A stretch of 64,000 nt of DNA from a plasmid. Under the pieces are notes generated by a model that searched no databases, was not told the origin of the DNA, and was given only the letters and a program-made list of their open reading frames with translations. Numbering within the stretch: position 1 is the first letter of the stretch; the number at the start of each line of letters is the position of its first letter. This document shows, piece by piece, positions 50,589 to 60,460 of this stretch. The stretch lies in the sequence record NZ_CP044080.1; one strand, given 5' to 3'. A program made the position numbers and the translations under genes.

Positions 50589-51377
50589 CTACTTGACCGC
50601 CAGCCCGGCGGTCAGCCCACCGTCGATGCCATAGTCGGCGCCGGTGATGAAGCCCGCGCGGTCCGAGCACAGGAAGGCCACCAGTTCGGCCACCTCCTCG
50701 GGCTCGCCAATCCGCCCCAGGGGATGGGCCGCGCCGAAGCGGGCAAAGACCTCGTCCTGCGGCAGTTCGGCGCCCAGCTTGCGCGCCGCCAACTCCAGGA
50801 TCGGCGTGCGGACCGACCCGGGCGAGACCGAGTTTACCCGCACCCCGGCCGCCGCATGGTCCAGCGCCATCGCGCGGGTCAGCGCATGGATCGCCCCCTT
50901 GCTTGCGACATAGGCCGCGACGCCCTGCTGGCAGGCGTGACCCTGGGCCGAGGACAGGTTGACGATGGCGCCGCCGCCCCGCCGCGCCATTTCCGGGATG
51001 CCGAAGCGGCCGGTCAGCACGATGCCACCCACGTTGACCGCCATGCAGCGCGTGAAATCGTCCCAGTCCGTGTCCAGCACCGTGCCGTAAGGGTGGACCG
51101 CCGCCGCGTTCACGATGATGTCGAGCCCGCCGAACAGGTCGACCGCCTCGGCCACCGCGGCCTCGACCGAGGTGTCGTCGGCCACGTCCAGCGCCAGCGC
51201 CGTGATCGACAGGCCCTGCGCGACCGCCATGGCCGCAAGCTCCTGGTTGGCGGCGATGTCGATGCCGCCGGCCAGCACTTCGGCCCCGCCCTGCGCCAGC
51301 CGGATCGCGCTGGCCCGCCCGATCCCCGTGGTCCCCGTCACCAGCGCGACCTTGCCCGCAAATTCACGCTCTGCCAT
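50589..51377 (-). CDS. SDR-family oxidoreductase
   Basis: TGTTGIGRA cofactor motif, catalytic YxxxK (YVASKGAIHALTR). Confidence 0.85.
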   Translation of the reverse strand: MAEREFAGKVALVTGTTGIGRASAIRLAQGGAEVLAGGIDIAANQELAAMAVAQGLSITALALDVADDTSVEAAVAEAVDLFGGLDIIVNAAAVHPYGTVLDTDWDDFTRCMAVNVGGIVLTGRFGIPEMARRGGGAIVNLSSAQGHACQQGVAAYVASKGAIHALTRAMALDHAAAGVRVNSVSPGSVRTPILELAARKLGAELPQDEVFARFGAAHPLGRIGEPEEVAELVAFLCSDRAGFITGADYGIDGGLTAGLAVK

Positions 51378-51472
51378 CCGCCCGTCTCCCTGTCCTGCCC
51401 GGCAATCCTATCGGTTTCGCGCGGGAATTGAAGGGGGCGGCCAATACCCTCCAAAGCCATGGAAAGCACTTC

Positions 51473-52259
51473 ATGAAACGCTCGGAAGTCAATGATATCC
51501 TTCGCCAAGGCCAGGCCTTCATCCAGTCCTTCGGCTGGCATCTGCCGCCCTTTGCCGACTGGACGCCCGACCAGTTCCGCGCGCGCGCCGATCAGGCGCA
51601 AGCCATCCTGTCGGCCGGTCTGGGCTGGGACCTGACCGATTTCGGACAGGGCGACTATGCGCGCACCGGGCTTTTCCTGTTCACGGCGCGCAATGGATCC
51701 GCGGCCGACCTGCAGGCCGGGCGCGGCATGTGCTATGCCGAAAAGATTCGGACAGGGCGACTATGCGCGCACCGGGCTTTTCCTGTTCACGGCGCGCAAT
51801 GGATCCGCGGCCGACCTGCAGGCCGGGCGCGGCATGTGCTATGCCGAAAAGATCATGTGGGTGCGCGATGGCCAGGTGACCCCCATGCACCGCCACATCG
51901 TCAAGGCCGAGGACATCATCAACCGCGGCGGCGGCGATCTGGTGCTGAAGGTCCACGGCGCGCAAGCCGACGGCACGGTCTGCCGCGACCGGCCCGTGAC
52001 GGTGGCCTGCGACGGCCTGCCCCGGCAGATCGGGCCCGACCAGCACCTGCGGCTGAAGCCCGGCGAAAGCGTCACCCTGCTGCCCGGCGTCTGGCACAGC
52101 TTCTGGGCCGAGGCGGGCGACGCGCTGGTGGGCGAGGTCTCGACCGTGAACGACGATATGACCGACAATGTCTTCGAGGCCCCTGTCGGCCGCTTCGCCC
52201 GCATCGACGAGGACGAAGCGCCCTGGCGGCTGCTGGTGTCGGACTATGGGGGATTCTGA
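51473..52259 (+). pseudogene. D-lyxose/D-mannose-family sugar isomerase (cupin) disrupted by a 106-bp tandem duplication (frameshift)
   Basis: The N-terminal part (MKRSEVNDILRQGQAFIQSFGWHLPPFADW…GMCYAEKI) is in one frame. After the second repeat copy the conserved remainder (MWVRDGQVTPMHRH…WHSFWAE…) continues in the +1 frame. Removing one 106-bp copy restores a single ~226-aa ORF. Confidence 0.6.
51642..51853. repeat. perfect direct tandem duplication, 2 x 106 bp (51642-51747 and 51748-51853)
   Basis: Identical 106-nt units TCGGACAGGGCGACTATGCGCGCACCGGGC…TGCTATGCCGAAAAGAT read directly from the sequence. Confidence 0.85.
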
Positions 52260-52328
52260 CGGGTTCCGCCTTGCGCGACTGGCGGTCTTGTTGGATAACG
52301 CCCGCAAGCAAGAACAGAGGTTCCCGCC

Positions 52329-52640
52329 ATGCGAGTCCGTATCTACAAGCCTGCGCGCAACGCGATGCAATCCGGCATCGCCCGCACCAAGCTTTGGGTG
52401 CTTGAATTTCCGGCAGACGATTCGCGCGAGATCGACCCGCTGATGGGCTGGACCAGCAGCGACGACACACAAAGCCAGGTCCGCCTGCGGTTCGAGACGC
52501 GCAAGCAGGCCGAGGACTATGCCCGCGAGAAGGGCCTGGAGTTCGAGGTAATCGAGCCCCACTCTCGCGCCCCGAACGTCCGTCCCCGCGGCTACGGCGA
52601 AAACTTCGCCCCCGACCGCCGCGCGCCCTGGACGCACTAA
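52329..52640 (+). CDS. ETC complex I subunit conserved-region protein (NDUFS4/18-kDa homologue)
   Basis: Matches the alphaproteobacterial NDUFS4-like family ([13 protein letters not shown]…[37 protein letters not shown]). Confidence 0.8.
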   Translation: MRVRIYKPARNAMQSGIARTKLWVLEFPADDSREIDPLMGWTSSDDTQSQVRLRFETRKQAEDYAREKGLEFEVIEPHSRAPNVRPRGYGENFAPDRRAPWTH

Positions 52641-53131
52641 CAGGCGCAGGCAGGCTGGGCCAAGCGGCCCGGCCGGGATCGGGCGCAGGCTGTTGCGCCG
52701 TTGAGCTCCCCTCGGGGGTGGGCATCCCGCCCCTGTCCGACGTTGCAGGCCCGGTTTGATGGCATGGCATGGCCTGCGAAGGCCGGCACCGATACCCGTG
52801 CCTTCACGCCGATGAAGACTTCTCGCCTGTCATTCCGATGCCGAACTGATCCGCTGCCGGACATGGGACCGCCCTGGCTGGGGCGATGCCCAGTCGCGCC
52901 CAGCGTCGTCGCCTAATACGCCAATCACGCGCCGAACATGGGCTCGAGACCTGCAAAATTCGCGCAGCCCTCGCCAATACACCCAGCAAATCCAAGATAA
53001 GTATCTGTTCTTTATAGAAATAAATCAGGGCTGTCCCGACGCCAAAGATGTAGACAGATAATCCTATCTATCCGTATAGTTTTGACAGTTGCCTCTCCAA
53101 AACCAATGCAACGTCAACAACAGGGATTTCC

Positions 53132-54343
53132 ATGATCAACCGTCGTCGCTTCCTGACCACCTCGACGCTCGCCGCGGCATCGCTGGCCGCGCCGGGCCTC
53201 GTGACCCGCGCCCTGGCCGCTGGCGAGGCGCTGAAGATCGGCGTGCCGGTGCCGATCTCGGGTGCCTTTGCGGCCAATGGCAAATTCGCCACGATCGGCG
53301 CTGCCCTGGCCGCGGAAGAGGTCGCAGCCGCGCATGGCGTGCAGGTCTCGACCCTGGACCTGGATACCGAGGGCAAGCCCGCCACCGCCGTGCGCAAGGT
53401 GCAGGATGCCTTGGCACAGGACGGGATCAAGCTGTTCGCGGGCGGCATCCTCTCGTCGGAATCGCTGGCCATGGGCAAGGAGATCGGGCGCGGCGGCGGC
53501 GCCTTCATGACCACCGCCGGCGCGGACGAGATCACCGGCGTCGATTGCAACAAGGCCACCTTCCGCTGGTCGGTGCCGACCTTCGGCGCCATCAACCAGA
53601 CCGTGCGGCCGATCATCGACGCGCTGCCCGACGCCAAGAAATGGTATACGATCACGCCGCAATATGTCTTTGGCGACGGGCTCTTGAACGCCGCCAAGGC
53701 GGTCTTTGCCGAAAAGGGCATCGACCATGTCGGCAACAGCTATCATTCGCTGACCGACAAGGAATTCTCGGGCTATCTGACCAATGCCATCGCGGCGCAG
53801 CCCGATGTGCTGCTGCTGCTGAACTTCGGCGCCCAAAGCTCGGACACGCTGCGGCAGGCGGTCAGCTTCGGCCTGAAGCAGCGCATGACCATCGTGGTCG
53901 CCTGGGCCTCGGGGCTCGAGCAGTTCGAGGCGCTGGGGCCGGACATCTGCGAGGGCGTCTATTTCGGGGCGCAATACTGGCACGGGGCGGATTCGCCGCT
54001 GAACCGCGAACTGGTCGCCAAGGTCCAGGAAAAGCACGGCTTCAACCCGAACTATTCCTTTGCCGGCAGCTACATCATCAGCAAGCTGCTGCTTGAAGGC
54101 GCGGTCAAGGCCGGCTCGCCCGAGGGACCGGGGGTCGCCAAGGCGCTGCAAGGGCTGAAATACGCGGGCCTGACCGGCGAAGAGGAAATCCGTGCCGCCG
54201 ACCACCAGGTCATCAAGGATTACTACCTGCTGAAGGGCAAGGCCAAGGCCGACATGGCCGACAAGGACGATTACGCCGAAATCGTCAGCTCGGGCAAATC
54301 GTTCCTGTCGCCCGAGGAAGCCGGCTGCAAGATGCCCGCCTGA
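53132..54343 (+). CDS. ABC transporter substrate-binding protein, LivK/amide-urea (type I PBP) family, Tat signal
   Basis: Twin-arginine signal NRRRFLTTSTLAAASLAA; PBP type I fold. Confidence 0.85.
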   Translation: MINRRRFLTTSTLAAASLAAPGLVTRALAAGEALKIGVPVPISGAFAANGKFATIGAALAAEEVAAAHGVQVSTLDLDTEGKPATAVRKVQDALAQDGIKLFAGGILSSESLAMGKEIGRGGGAFMTTAGADEITGVDCNKATFRWSVPTFGAINQTVRPIIDALPDAKKWYTITPQYVFGDGLLNAAKAVFAEKGIDHVGNSYHSLTDKEFSGYLTNAIAAQPDVLLLLNFGAQSSDTLRQAVSFGLKQRMTIVVAWASGLEQFEALGPDICEGVYFGAQYWHGADSPLNRELVAKVQEKHGFNPNYSFAGSYIISKLLLEGAVKAGSPEGPGVAKALQGLKYAGLTGEEEIRAADHQVIKDYYLLKGKAKADMADKDDYAEIVSSGKSFLSPEEAGCKMPA

Positions 54344-54411
54344 TCCCCGCCCCGCGCGCGCCCCGCGCGGCCCATGCCGTGCGGGGACCTTCCGGTTTCA
54401 GGGAGAGTCCC

Positions 54412-55266
54412 GTGATCTACCTTTTCCAGGTTCTGAACGGCATCGGTCTGGGGATGCTGTATTTTCTGCTGGCCGTCGGGCTTAGCATCATCTTTGGCCT
54501 GCTGCAGTTCGTGAACTTTGCCCATGGCGCGTTCTATCTGCTGGGCGCCTATCTGACCTATGACCTGACCACGCGCGGCTTCAGCTTCTGGCTGGCAATG
54601 CCGCTGGCCACGCTGATCGTCGCCGCCATCGCCGCGCTGATCGAGGCGCTGCTGCTGCATCGCATCTACAAGCTGCCGCATACCTTCCACATCCTGGTCA
54701 CCGTGGGCCTTGCCTTGGCGATCCAGGAGCTGGTGATCATCGCCTGGGGACCGCTGGGCGGTTCGGTGCCCGCGCCCGAAGGGCTGCAGGGCGTGGTGAT
54801 CCTGGGCGATTTCATCTATCCGCAATACCGCCTATTCACCATCGGCTTCACCGCCGTCCTGGCCGGGCTGCTTTGGTGGCTGCTGGAGGGGACGCGGCTG
54901 GGCGCCATCGTGCGCGGCGGCTCGGAATCGGCGTCGAACATGGCGCTGCTGGGCTACAACACCATGCGCATCAACACCGTCGTCTTCGGCTTCGGCGCCG
55001 GTCTTGCAGGCCTTGCCGGGGCGCTTGCGGCGCCGATCCGGGGGGTCGAGCCCTTCATGGGGGCCGAGGCGCTGTCGATCGCCTTCGTCGTCGTCGTGAT
55101 CGGCGGCATGGGCAGCTATACCGGCGCGCTGGTCGCCGGACTGCTGGTCGGCGTCGTGCAAAGCCTGATGGCCACGATCTGGCCCGAGGGCGCGCGCCTG
55201 ATGATCTATGTCGGCATGGCCATGGTCATCGCGCTGATGCCGCGCGGCCTTTTGGGGAGGGCATGA
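54412..55266 (+). CDS. branched-chain amino acid-type ABC permease (LivH family)
   Basis: LivH-like TM protein; GTG start with SD AGGGAGAG 5 nt upstream. Confidence 0.8.
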   Translation: MIYLFQVLNGIGLGMLYFLLAVGLSIIFGLLQFVNFAHGAFYLLGAYLTYDLTTRGFSFWLAMPLATLIVAAIAALIEALLLHRIYKLPHTFHILVTVGLALAIQELVIIAWGPLGGSVPAPEGLQGVVILGDFIYPQYRLFTIGFTAVLAGLLWWLLEGTRLGAIVRGGSESASNMALLGYNTMRINTVVFGFGAGLAGLAGALAAPIRGVEPFMGAEALSIAFVVVVIGGMGSYTGALVAGLLVGVVQSLMATIWPEGARLMIYVGMAMVIALMPRGLLGRA

Positions 55267-56231
55267 GCATGAACCCGCTGGACAAACCCGTCGCGCAGAT
55301 GGCGCTGGCCCTTGCCACCGCGCTGATCCTGCCGCTGTTCCTGAAATCGGGCATCCTCGCGACCGAGATCCTGATCTTTGCCATGGTGGTCGCGGCCTGC
55401 AACCTGCTTCTGGGCTATACCGGCCTTCTGTCCTTCGGTCAGGGCATCTTCTTCGGCATCGGCACCTATGTCGCGGGGATCTGCCTGACGCGCTGGCAGG
55501 TGCCGGTTCCGGTCGTGCTGGCGGGCGCTGCCCTGCTGGGCGCGCTGACGGCGACCCTGGTCGGCTGGCTGTCGATCCGGCGGCAGGGGGTCTATTTCGT
55601 CATGCTGACGCTGGCCTTCTCGCAGCTTTTCTACTTCCTCGCCTATACGTTCTCGGGCCTGACCGGGGGCGACAACGGGCTGCTTGGCGTGCCACGCCCC
55701 AGCATCGGCGGGGCCGAGCTGAACGCGCCTTGGTCCTACTACACCTATGTCGCGATCTGCTTCCTGGCGGTCTTTGCGCTGCTCATCATGGTCACGCAAT
55801 CGACCTTCGGCCGCACGCTGCTGGCGATCCGCGAGAACGAGGGCCGCGCCGCCGCCATCGGCTTTCCGACCCGCATCTTCAAGATCGAGGCCTTCGCCAT
55901 CTCGGGCGCGGTCACCGCCCTTGGCGGGGCGCTGCATGCCATGCTGATCGGCGTCGCGCCGCTGTCGAACATCGAATACCACACCAGCGAGCTGATCCTG
56001 ATCATGACCATCATCGGCGGCAGCTCCAGCCTGTTCGGCTCGGTGCTGGGGGCGGGGTTCTACCTGCTGCTGGCCGATGCGCTGTCGGCGATCTGGCCGC
56101 GCTGGCTGCTGTTGCTGGGGCTGGTTCTGGTCGCGGTGGCACTGTTCCTGCAACGCGGCCTTTGGGGCCTGGTCGAGCGCGGCTATGACCTTGTGGCGCG
56201 CCGCGGCAAGACCCCGGCGAAGGAGCATTGA
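55263..56231 (+). CDS. branched-chain amino acid-type ABC permease (LivM family)
   Basis: ATGA-coupled to the preceding permease; start MSMNPLDKP. Confidence 0.8.
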   Translation: MSMNPLDKPVAQMALALATALILPLFLKSGILATEILIFAMVVAACNLLLGYTGLLSFGQGIFFGIGTYVAGICLTRWQVPVPVVLAGAALLGALTATLVGWLSIRRQGVYFVMLTLAFSQLFYFLAYTFSGLTGGDNGLLGVPRPSIGGAELNAPWSYYTYVAICFLAVFALLIMVTQSTFGRTLLAIRENEGRAAAIGFPTRIFKIEAFAISGAVTALGGALHAMLIGVAPLSNIEYHTSELILIMTIIGGSSSLFGSVLGAGFYLLLADALSAIWPRWLLLLGLVLVAVALFLQRGLWGLVERGYDLVARRGKTPAKEH

Positions 56232-56232
56232 G

Positions 56233-57000
56233 ATGACCGACATCGTATTGCAGACCAAAGGGCTGGGCGTCAAATACGGCAACTTCCATGCCCTGGCCGA
56301 GGTGGACCTGCAGATCCGCCGCAACTCGGTCCATTCGGTGATCGGGCCGAACGGCGCCGGCAAGACCACGCTGTTTCACGCGCTGACCGGGCGGGCGCAG
56401 GCGTCCTCGGGCCGGATCGAGCTGGACGGGCGCGACATCACTGGCACCTCGGACGACGACCGGGTGCGGTTGGGGATCGCGCGGTCCTTTCAGGTGACAA
56501 GCCTGTTCCCGAACCTCGCGCTGCGCGAGAACCTGCGGCTGGCCGCGCAGGGCCGCACGCCCTGGCAGGCGCTGGCGCCTTGGCGGCGGGCGGAATCGAA
56601 CGCCCAGGCGCTGGCCATCGCCGACGAGGTGATCCAGCGGCTCGAGCTGTCCCGCGTGGCCGACCGGCTGGCGGGCGAGCTGTCGCATGGCCAGCAGCGC
56701 CGGCTGGAAGTCGGCATGGCGATGGCCGCCCGCCCCCGGGTGATCCTGCTGGACGAGCCGACCTCGGGCATGGGCATCGACGATATCGAGGCGATGAAGC
56801 AGCTGATCCGCGACCTTGGCCGCGACCACACGGTGCTGTTCATCGAACACAACATGGGCATCGTCATGAACATCTCGGACATGGTCACGGTGATGCGGCT
56901 GGGCCGCAAGCTGGTCGAGGGGCCGCCCGCGCAGGTCCGCGACGACCCCGAGGTGCGGCGCGCCTATCTGGGCAACATGATCACGGGGGACATCGCATGA
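56233..57000 (+). CDS. ABC transporter ATP-binding protein (LivG family)
   Basis: Walker A GPNGAGKTT, signature LSHGQQRRLE. Confidence 0.85.
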   Translation: MTDIVLQTKGLGVKYGNFHALAEVDLQIRRNSVHSVIGPNGAGKTTLFHALTGRAQASSGRIELDGRDITGTSDDDRVRLGIARSFQVTSLFPNLALRENLRLAAQGRTPWQALAPWRRAESNAQALAIADEVIQRLELSRVADRLAGELSHGQQRRLEVGMAMAARPRVILLDEPTSGMGIDDIEAMKQLIRDLGRDHTVLFIEHNMGIVMNISDMVTVMRLGRKLVEGPPAQVRDDPEVRRAYLGNMITGDIA

Positions 57001-57701
57001 CCGCCGCGCTGCAACTGACGGATCTGCACGCCTATTACGGCAAAAGCCACATCCTGCAAGGCGTCAGCCTGACCGTGGGCGCGGGCGAGATCGTGACCCT
57101 GCTGGGCCGCAACGGTGCCGGCAAAAGCACCACGCTGAAGACCGCCGTGGGCCTGATCGCACCGCCCCAGGGCCGGGTCGAACTATGCGGGCGCGACGTG
57201 ACCGGGCAACCGGCCTATCGCATCGCCTCGGCCGGGCTGTCGCTGGTGCCCGAGGATCGCGGCATCTTCCAGCTGCTGACGGTCGAGGAGAACCTGCGCA
57301 TCGCCCAGCGGCGCGGCTCGCCTTGGGGGCTGTCCGACATCTATCGCATCTTTCCGCGCCTGCAAGAGCGGCGCAGGAACGGCGGCGGTCAGCTTTCCGG
57401 GGGCGAACAGCAGATGCTGTCGATCGCGCGCGCGCTGCTGAATGGGCCCAAGGTGCTGATGCTGGACGAGCCGGTCGAGGGGCTGGCCCCGATCATCGTC
57501 GAGGAGATCGTGGCCCAGGTCCGGCTGATCCGCGACGAAGGCGTGCCGATCCTGCTGGTCGAGCAGAACCTGGCCGTGTGCAGCCAACTGGCCGACCGGC
57601 ATTACATCCTGGAGCTTGGCCGCATCGTGCACGAGGCCAGCGCCCAGGAATTCCGCAACGCCCCCGAGGTCATCGACCGCTATCTGGGCGTCAAGGCTTA
57701 A
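56997..57701 (+). CDS. ABC transporter ATP-binding protein (LivF family)
   Basis: Walker A GRNGAGKST, signature LSGGEQQMLS; ATGA overlap with the preceding gene. Confidence 0.85.
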   Translation: MTAALQLTDLHAYYGKSHILQGVSLTVGAGEIVTLLGRNGAGKSTTLKTAVGLIAPPQGRVELCGRDVTGQPAYRIASAGLSLVPEDRGIFQLLTVEENLRIAQRRGSPWGLSDIYRIFPRLQERRRNGGGQLSGGEQQMLSIARALLNGPKVLMLDEPVEGLAPIIVEEIVAQVRLIRDEGVPILLVEQNLAVCSQLADRHYILELGRIVHEASAQEFRNAPEVIDRYLGVKA

Positions 57702-57710
57702 GGAACCCCA

Positions 57711-58970
57711 ATGTCAAACCTGAACATCGACGCCGAGCGGCTGTGGGACAGCCTGATGCAAACGGCGGAAATCGGCGGCACGCCGGATGGCGGCATCGCG
57801 CGGCTGACGTTGTCGGATGACGACCGGCGGGTGCGCGACTGGCTGGCGCAGCAATGCGCCGCGCTGGGGATGACGTTGCAGGTGGACGAGGTCGGCAACA
57901 TGTTCGCGACCCGCCCCGGGCGGCGCGCCGACCTGCCCGCCATCGCGATGGGCAGCCACCTGGACACCCAGCCCACCGGCGGCAAGTTCGACGGCGTGCT
58001 GGGGGTGCTGGGCGGGCTCGAGGTGCTGTGCACGCTGGACGCCGCCGGCTACCAGACCGAGGCGCCCCTGATGCTGGTCAACTGGACGAATGAGGAAGGC
58101 TCGCGCTTTTCGCCCGCGATGCTGGGCTCGGGCGTCTGGGCGGGGGTTTACAGCCGCGACCATGCCGACGCCCGGCTGGACGCGACGGGCGACAGCTTTG
58201 GCGCCAGCCTGGACCGCATCGGCTGGCGCGGGCCGCTGAAGGCCGGCGCGATCCGCTTTGGCGCGATGTTCGAATTGCACATCGAGCAAGGCCCGATCCT
58301 TGAGGACGAGGGCGCCCAGATCGGCGTCGTGCAGGGCATCCAGGGCATGCGCTGGTTCGACCTCGTACTGACCGGAACGGCGGCACATACCGGCTCGACC
58401 CCGATGGGGATGCGGCGCAATGCGCTGCTGGGCATGGCGCAGGTGATCGCGGGCATCGACCGCATCGCCAAGGCGCATGACGGCGCCGTGGGCACTATCG
58501 GCTATCTCGACATCAGCCCCAATTCGCACAACGTGATCCCTGGCGAGGTGCGGGCGACCATCGACCTGCGCCACCCCTCGGACGCGGTGCTGGACGTGAT
58601 AGAGGCCGAGGTCGCGGCGCTGGCGGCCGAGACAGCCGCAGGCGCAGGGCTGGACCAGCGCCTGGTGCCGATCTCGCGCACGGCGGCGGTGGCCTTCGAT
58701 GCGGATTGCATCGCCTCGGTCCGGGCGGGGGCGCAGGCGGCGGGCTTTTCGACACGCGACATCATTTCGGGCGCGGGCCACGACGCAGCCCATGCGGCGG
58801 CGGTCGCGCCAACGACGATGATCTTTGTCCCCTGTGCCGGCGGGCTGTCCCACAACCCGGCGGAATCGACGGAACCGGCCGAATGCGCCGCCGGCGCGCA
58901 GGTCCTGCTGGAGGCCGTGCTGGACTATGACCGCCGCATGGCCGAGGCCCGGTCGGAGGCAACCGCATGA
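57711..58970 (+). CDS. M20-family Zn-dependent amidohydrolase (allantoate amidohydrolase / N-carbamoyl-L-amino-acid hydrolase type)
   Basis: M20 metal-ligand motifs (AMGSHLDTQPTGGKFDG; NWTNEEGSRF) and AmaB/AllC-like length. Confidence 0.8.
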   Translation: MSNLNIDAERLWDSLMQTAEIGGTPDGGIARLTLSDDDRRVRDWLAQQCAALGMTLQVDEVGNMFATRPGRRADLPAIAMGSHLDTQPTGGKFDGVLGVLGGLEVLCTLDAAGYQTEAPLMLVNWTNEEGSRFSPAMLGSGVWAGVYSRDHADARLDATGDSFGASLDRIGWRGPLKAGAIRFGAMFELHIEQGPILEDEGAQIGVVQGIQGMRWFDLVLTGTAAHTGSTPMGMRRNALLGMAQVIAGIDRIAKAHDGAVGTIGYLDISPNSHNVIPGEVRATIDLRHPSDAVLDVIEAEVAALAAETAAGAGLDQRLVPISRTAAVAFDADCIASVRAGAQAAGFSTRDIISGAGHDAAHAAAVAPTTMIFVPCAGGLSHNPAESTEPAECAAGAQVLLEAVLDYDRRMAEARSEATA

Positions 58971-60451
58971 CCCGCCTGGTGCTGGCGCGGCTGAACCACG
59001 AAACGAACAGCTTTTCCCCAGTGCCGACCCCGCTGGCCGCCTTTGCCCCGAAATGGGGCGAGGACGCACTGGCAGCGGCGGATGGCTATTCCGCCGCCGT
59101 GGGCGCCTTTCACGCATTCGCCCGCCACATCGGCGCGCAGGTCGAGGTGCCGCTGATCGCCCATGCCATGCCCTCGGGTCCGGTCGAGGATGACGCGTTC
59201 GAGGCGATGGCGGCCGCCATCCTCGTGGCGGTCGAAAAGGGCTGCGACGGCATCCTGCTGGACCTGCACGGCGCGATGGTCACCCGCAGCCATGACGATG
59301 GCGAGGGCGAGCTTCTGCGCCGCATCCGCGCCGCCGCGCCCGGCGTCCCCATCGGCGTGGCTCTGGACCTGCACGGCAATATCACCCAGGCGATGCTGGA
59401 CCATTGCGACGTGATCGTGGGCTTCAAGACCTATCCGCATGTGGACATGGTCGAGACGGGCGATCATGTCGTGCGCCTGTTCCAGCCCTTGCTCGCCGGC
59501 GCACCGCGCCCGGCGATGGCGCTTTGCCATCCGCCGATGCTGGCGGCGACGCTGTGCATGAACACGACGACCGATTGCGCCATGACCGACCTGATCGCGC
59601 AGGCCCGCGCGGCCGAGGCGCGGCCGGGCGTGCAGGCGGTGACGGTGTTCGGCGGCTTCCCGATCTCAGACCTGGCGGAAACCGGGCTTTCCATCGTCGC
59701 CGTCGCCGATACTCCGGCGCTGGCTGCCGAGGTTGCGGCGGAACTAGGACGCGAGGCGTGGCGGCGGCGCGCGGATTATGTCTATCACGAAGAACCCCTG
59801 CCCCAGTCCATCGCCCGCGCCTCTGGCCTTGCGGGCGGCGGCAGGCCGGTGCTGCTGCTGGATCACGGCGACAATTGCATGTCGGGCGGATCCTGCGACG
59901 TGATGGACGTTCTTGAAGAGCTGCTGCAGGCGGGCGAGACCGGCGTCATGGTCGGCCCGATCGCCGACCCCGAGACGGTAGCGCAGCTGTTCGCGGCGGG
60001 CCAAGGCGCCAAGGTCGAAATCGCGCTTGGCAACAAGACCCCGGCCAAGGGCCTGCCCGCGCCGCACCCGCCCCTGAGCCTGACCGGGCGCGTCACGGCG
60101 CTGTCGGACGGGCGCTATCGCGTCGCCGGGCCGATCTATCACGGACAGCGGCTGTCGATGGGCCGGACCGCCGCCTTTGACACCGGCGCCGCGCGCATCG
60201 TCATCTGCGAGGAACCGCATGAGCCGCTTGACCTAGGCTGCTTTGCCTGCGTCGGGCTGGATGCCCGGCAGGCGCGATTCCTGCACCTGAAATCGCGCAT
60301 GTATTGCCGCCCGGTGTTCGAGCCCCTGGCGGCGGCGGTGTTGGAATGTGCAAGCTCGGGGGTGACCGCCTCGGATTACGGGTTGTTCGCTTTCCAAAAG
60401 CTGGCCCGCCCCATATATCCGCTGGACCCTGGAACCGGCTGGAAAGGCTGA
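58967..60451 (+). CDS. M81-family metallopeptidase (microcystinase MlrC-like, DUF1485/DUF1486)
   Basis: N-terminal LNHETNSFSP motif and overall MlrC-like architecture. Confidence 0.75.
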   Translation: MTRLVLARLNHETNSFSPVPTPLAAFAPKWGEDALAAADGYSAAVGAFHAFARHIGAQVEVPLIAHAMPSGPVEDDAFEAMAAAILVAVEKGCDGILLDLHGAMVTRSHDDGEGELLRRIRAAAPGVPIGVALDLHGNITQAMLDHCDVIVGFKTYPHVDMVETGDHVVRLFQPLLAGAPRPAMALCHPPMLAATLCMNTTTDCAMTDLIAQARAAEARPGVQAVTVFGGFPISDLAETGLSIVAVADTPALAAEVAAELGREAWRRRADYVYHEEPLPQSIARASGLAGGGRPVLLLDHGDNCMSGGSCDVMDVLEELLQAGETGVMVGPIADPETVAQLFAAGQGAKVEIALGNKTPAKGLPAPHPPLSLTGRVTALSDGRYRVAGPIYHGQRLSMGRTAAFDTGAARIVICEEPHEPLDLGCFACVGLDARQARFLHLKSRMYCRPVFEPLAAAVLECASSGVTASDYGLFAFQKLARPIYPLDPGTGWKG

Positions 60452-60460
60452 CTCACGCGA

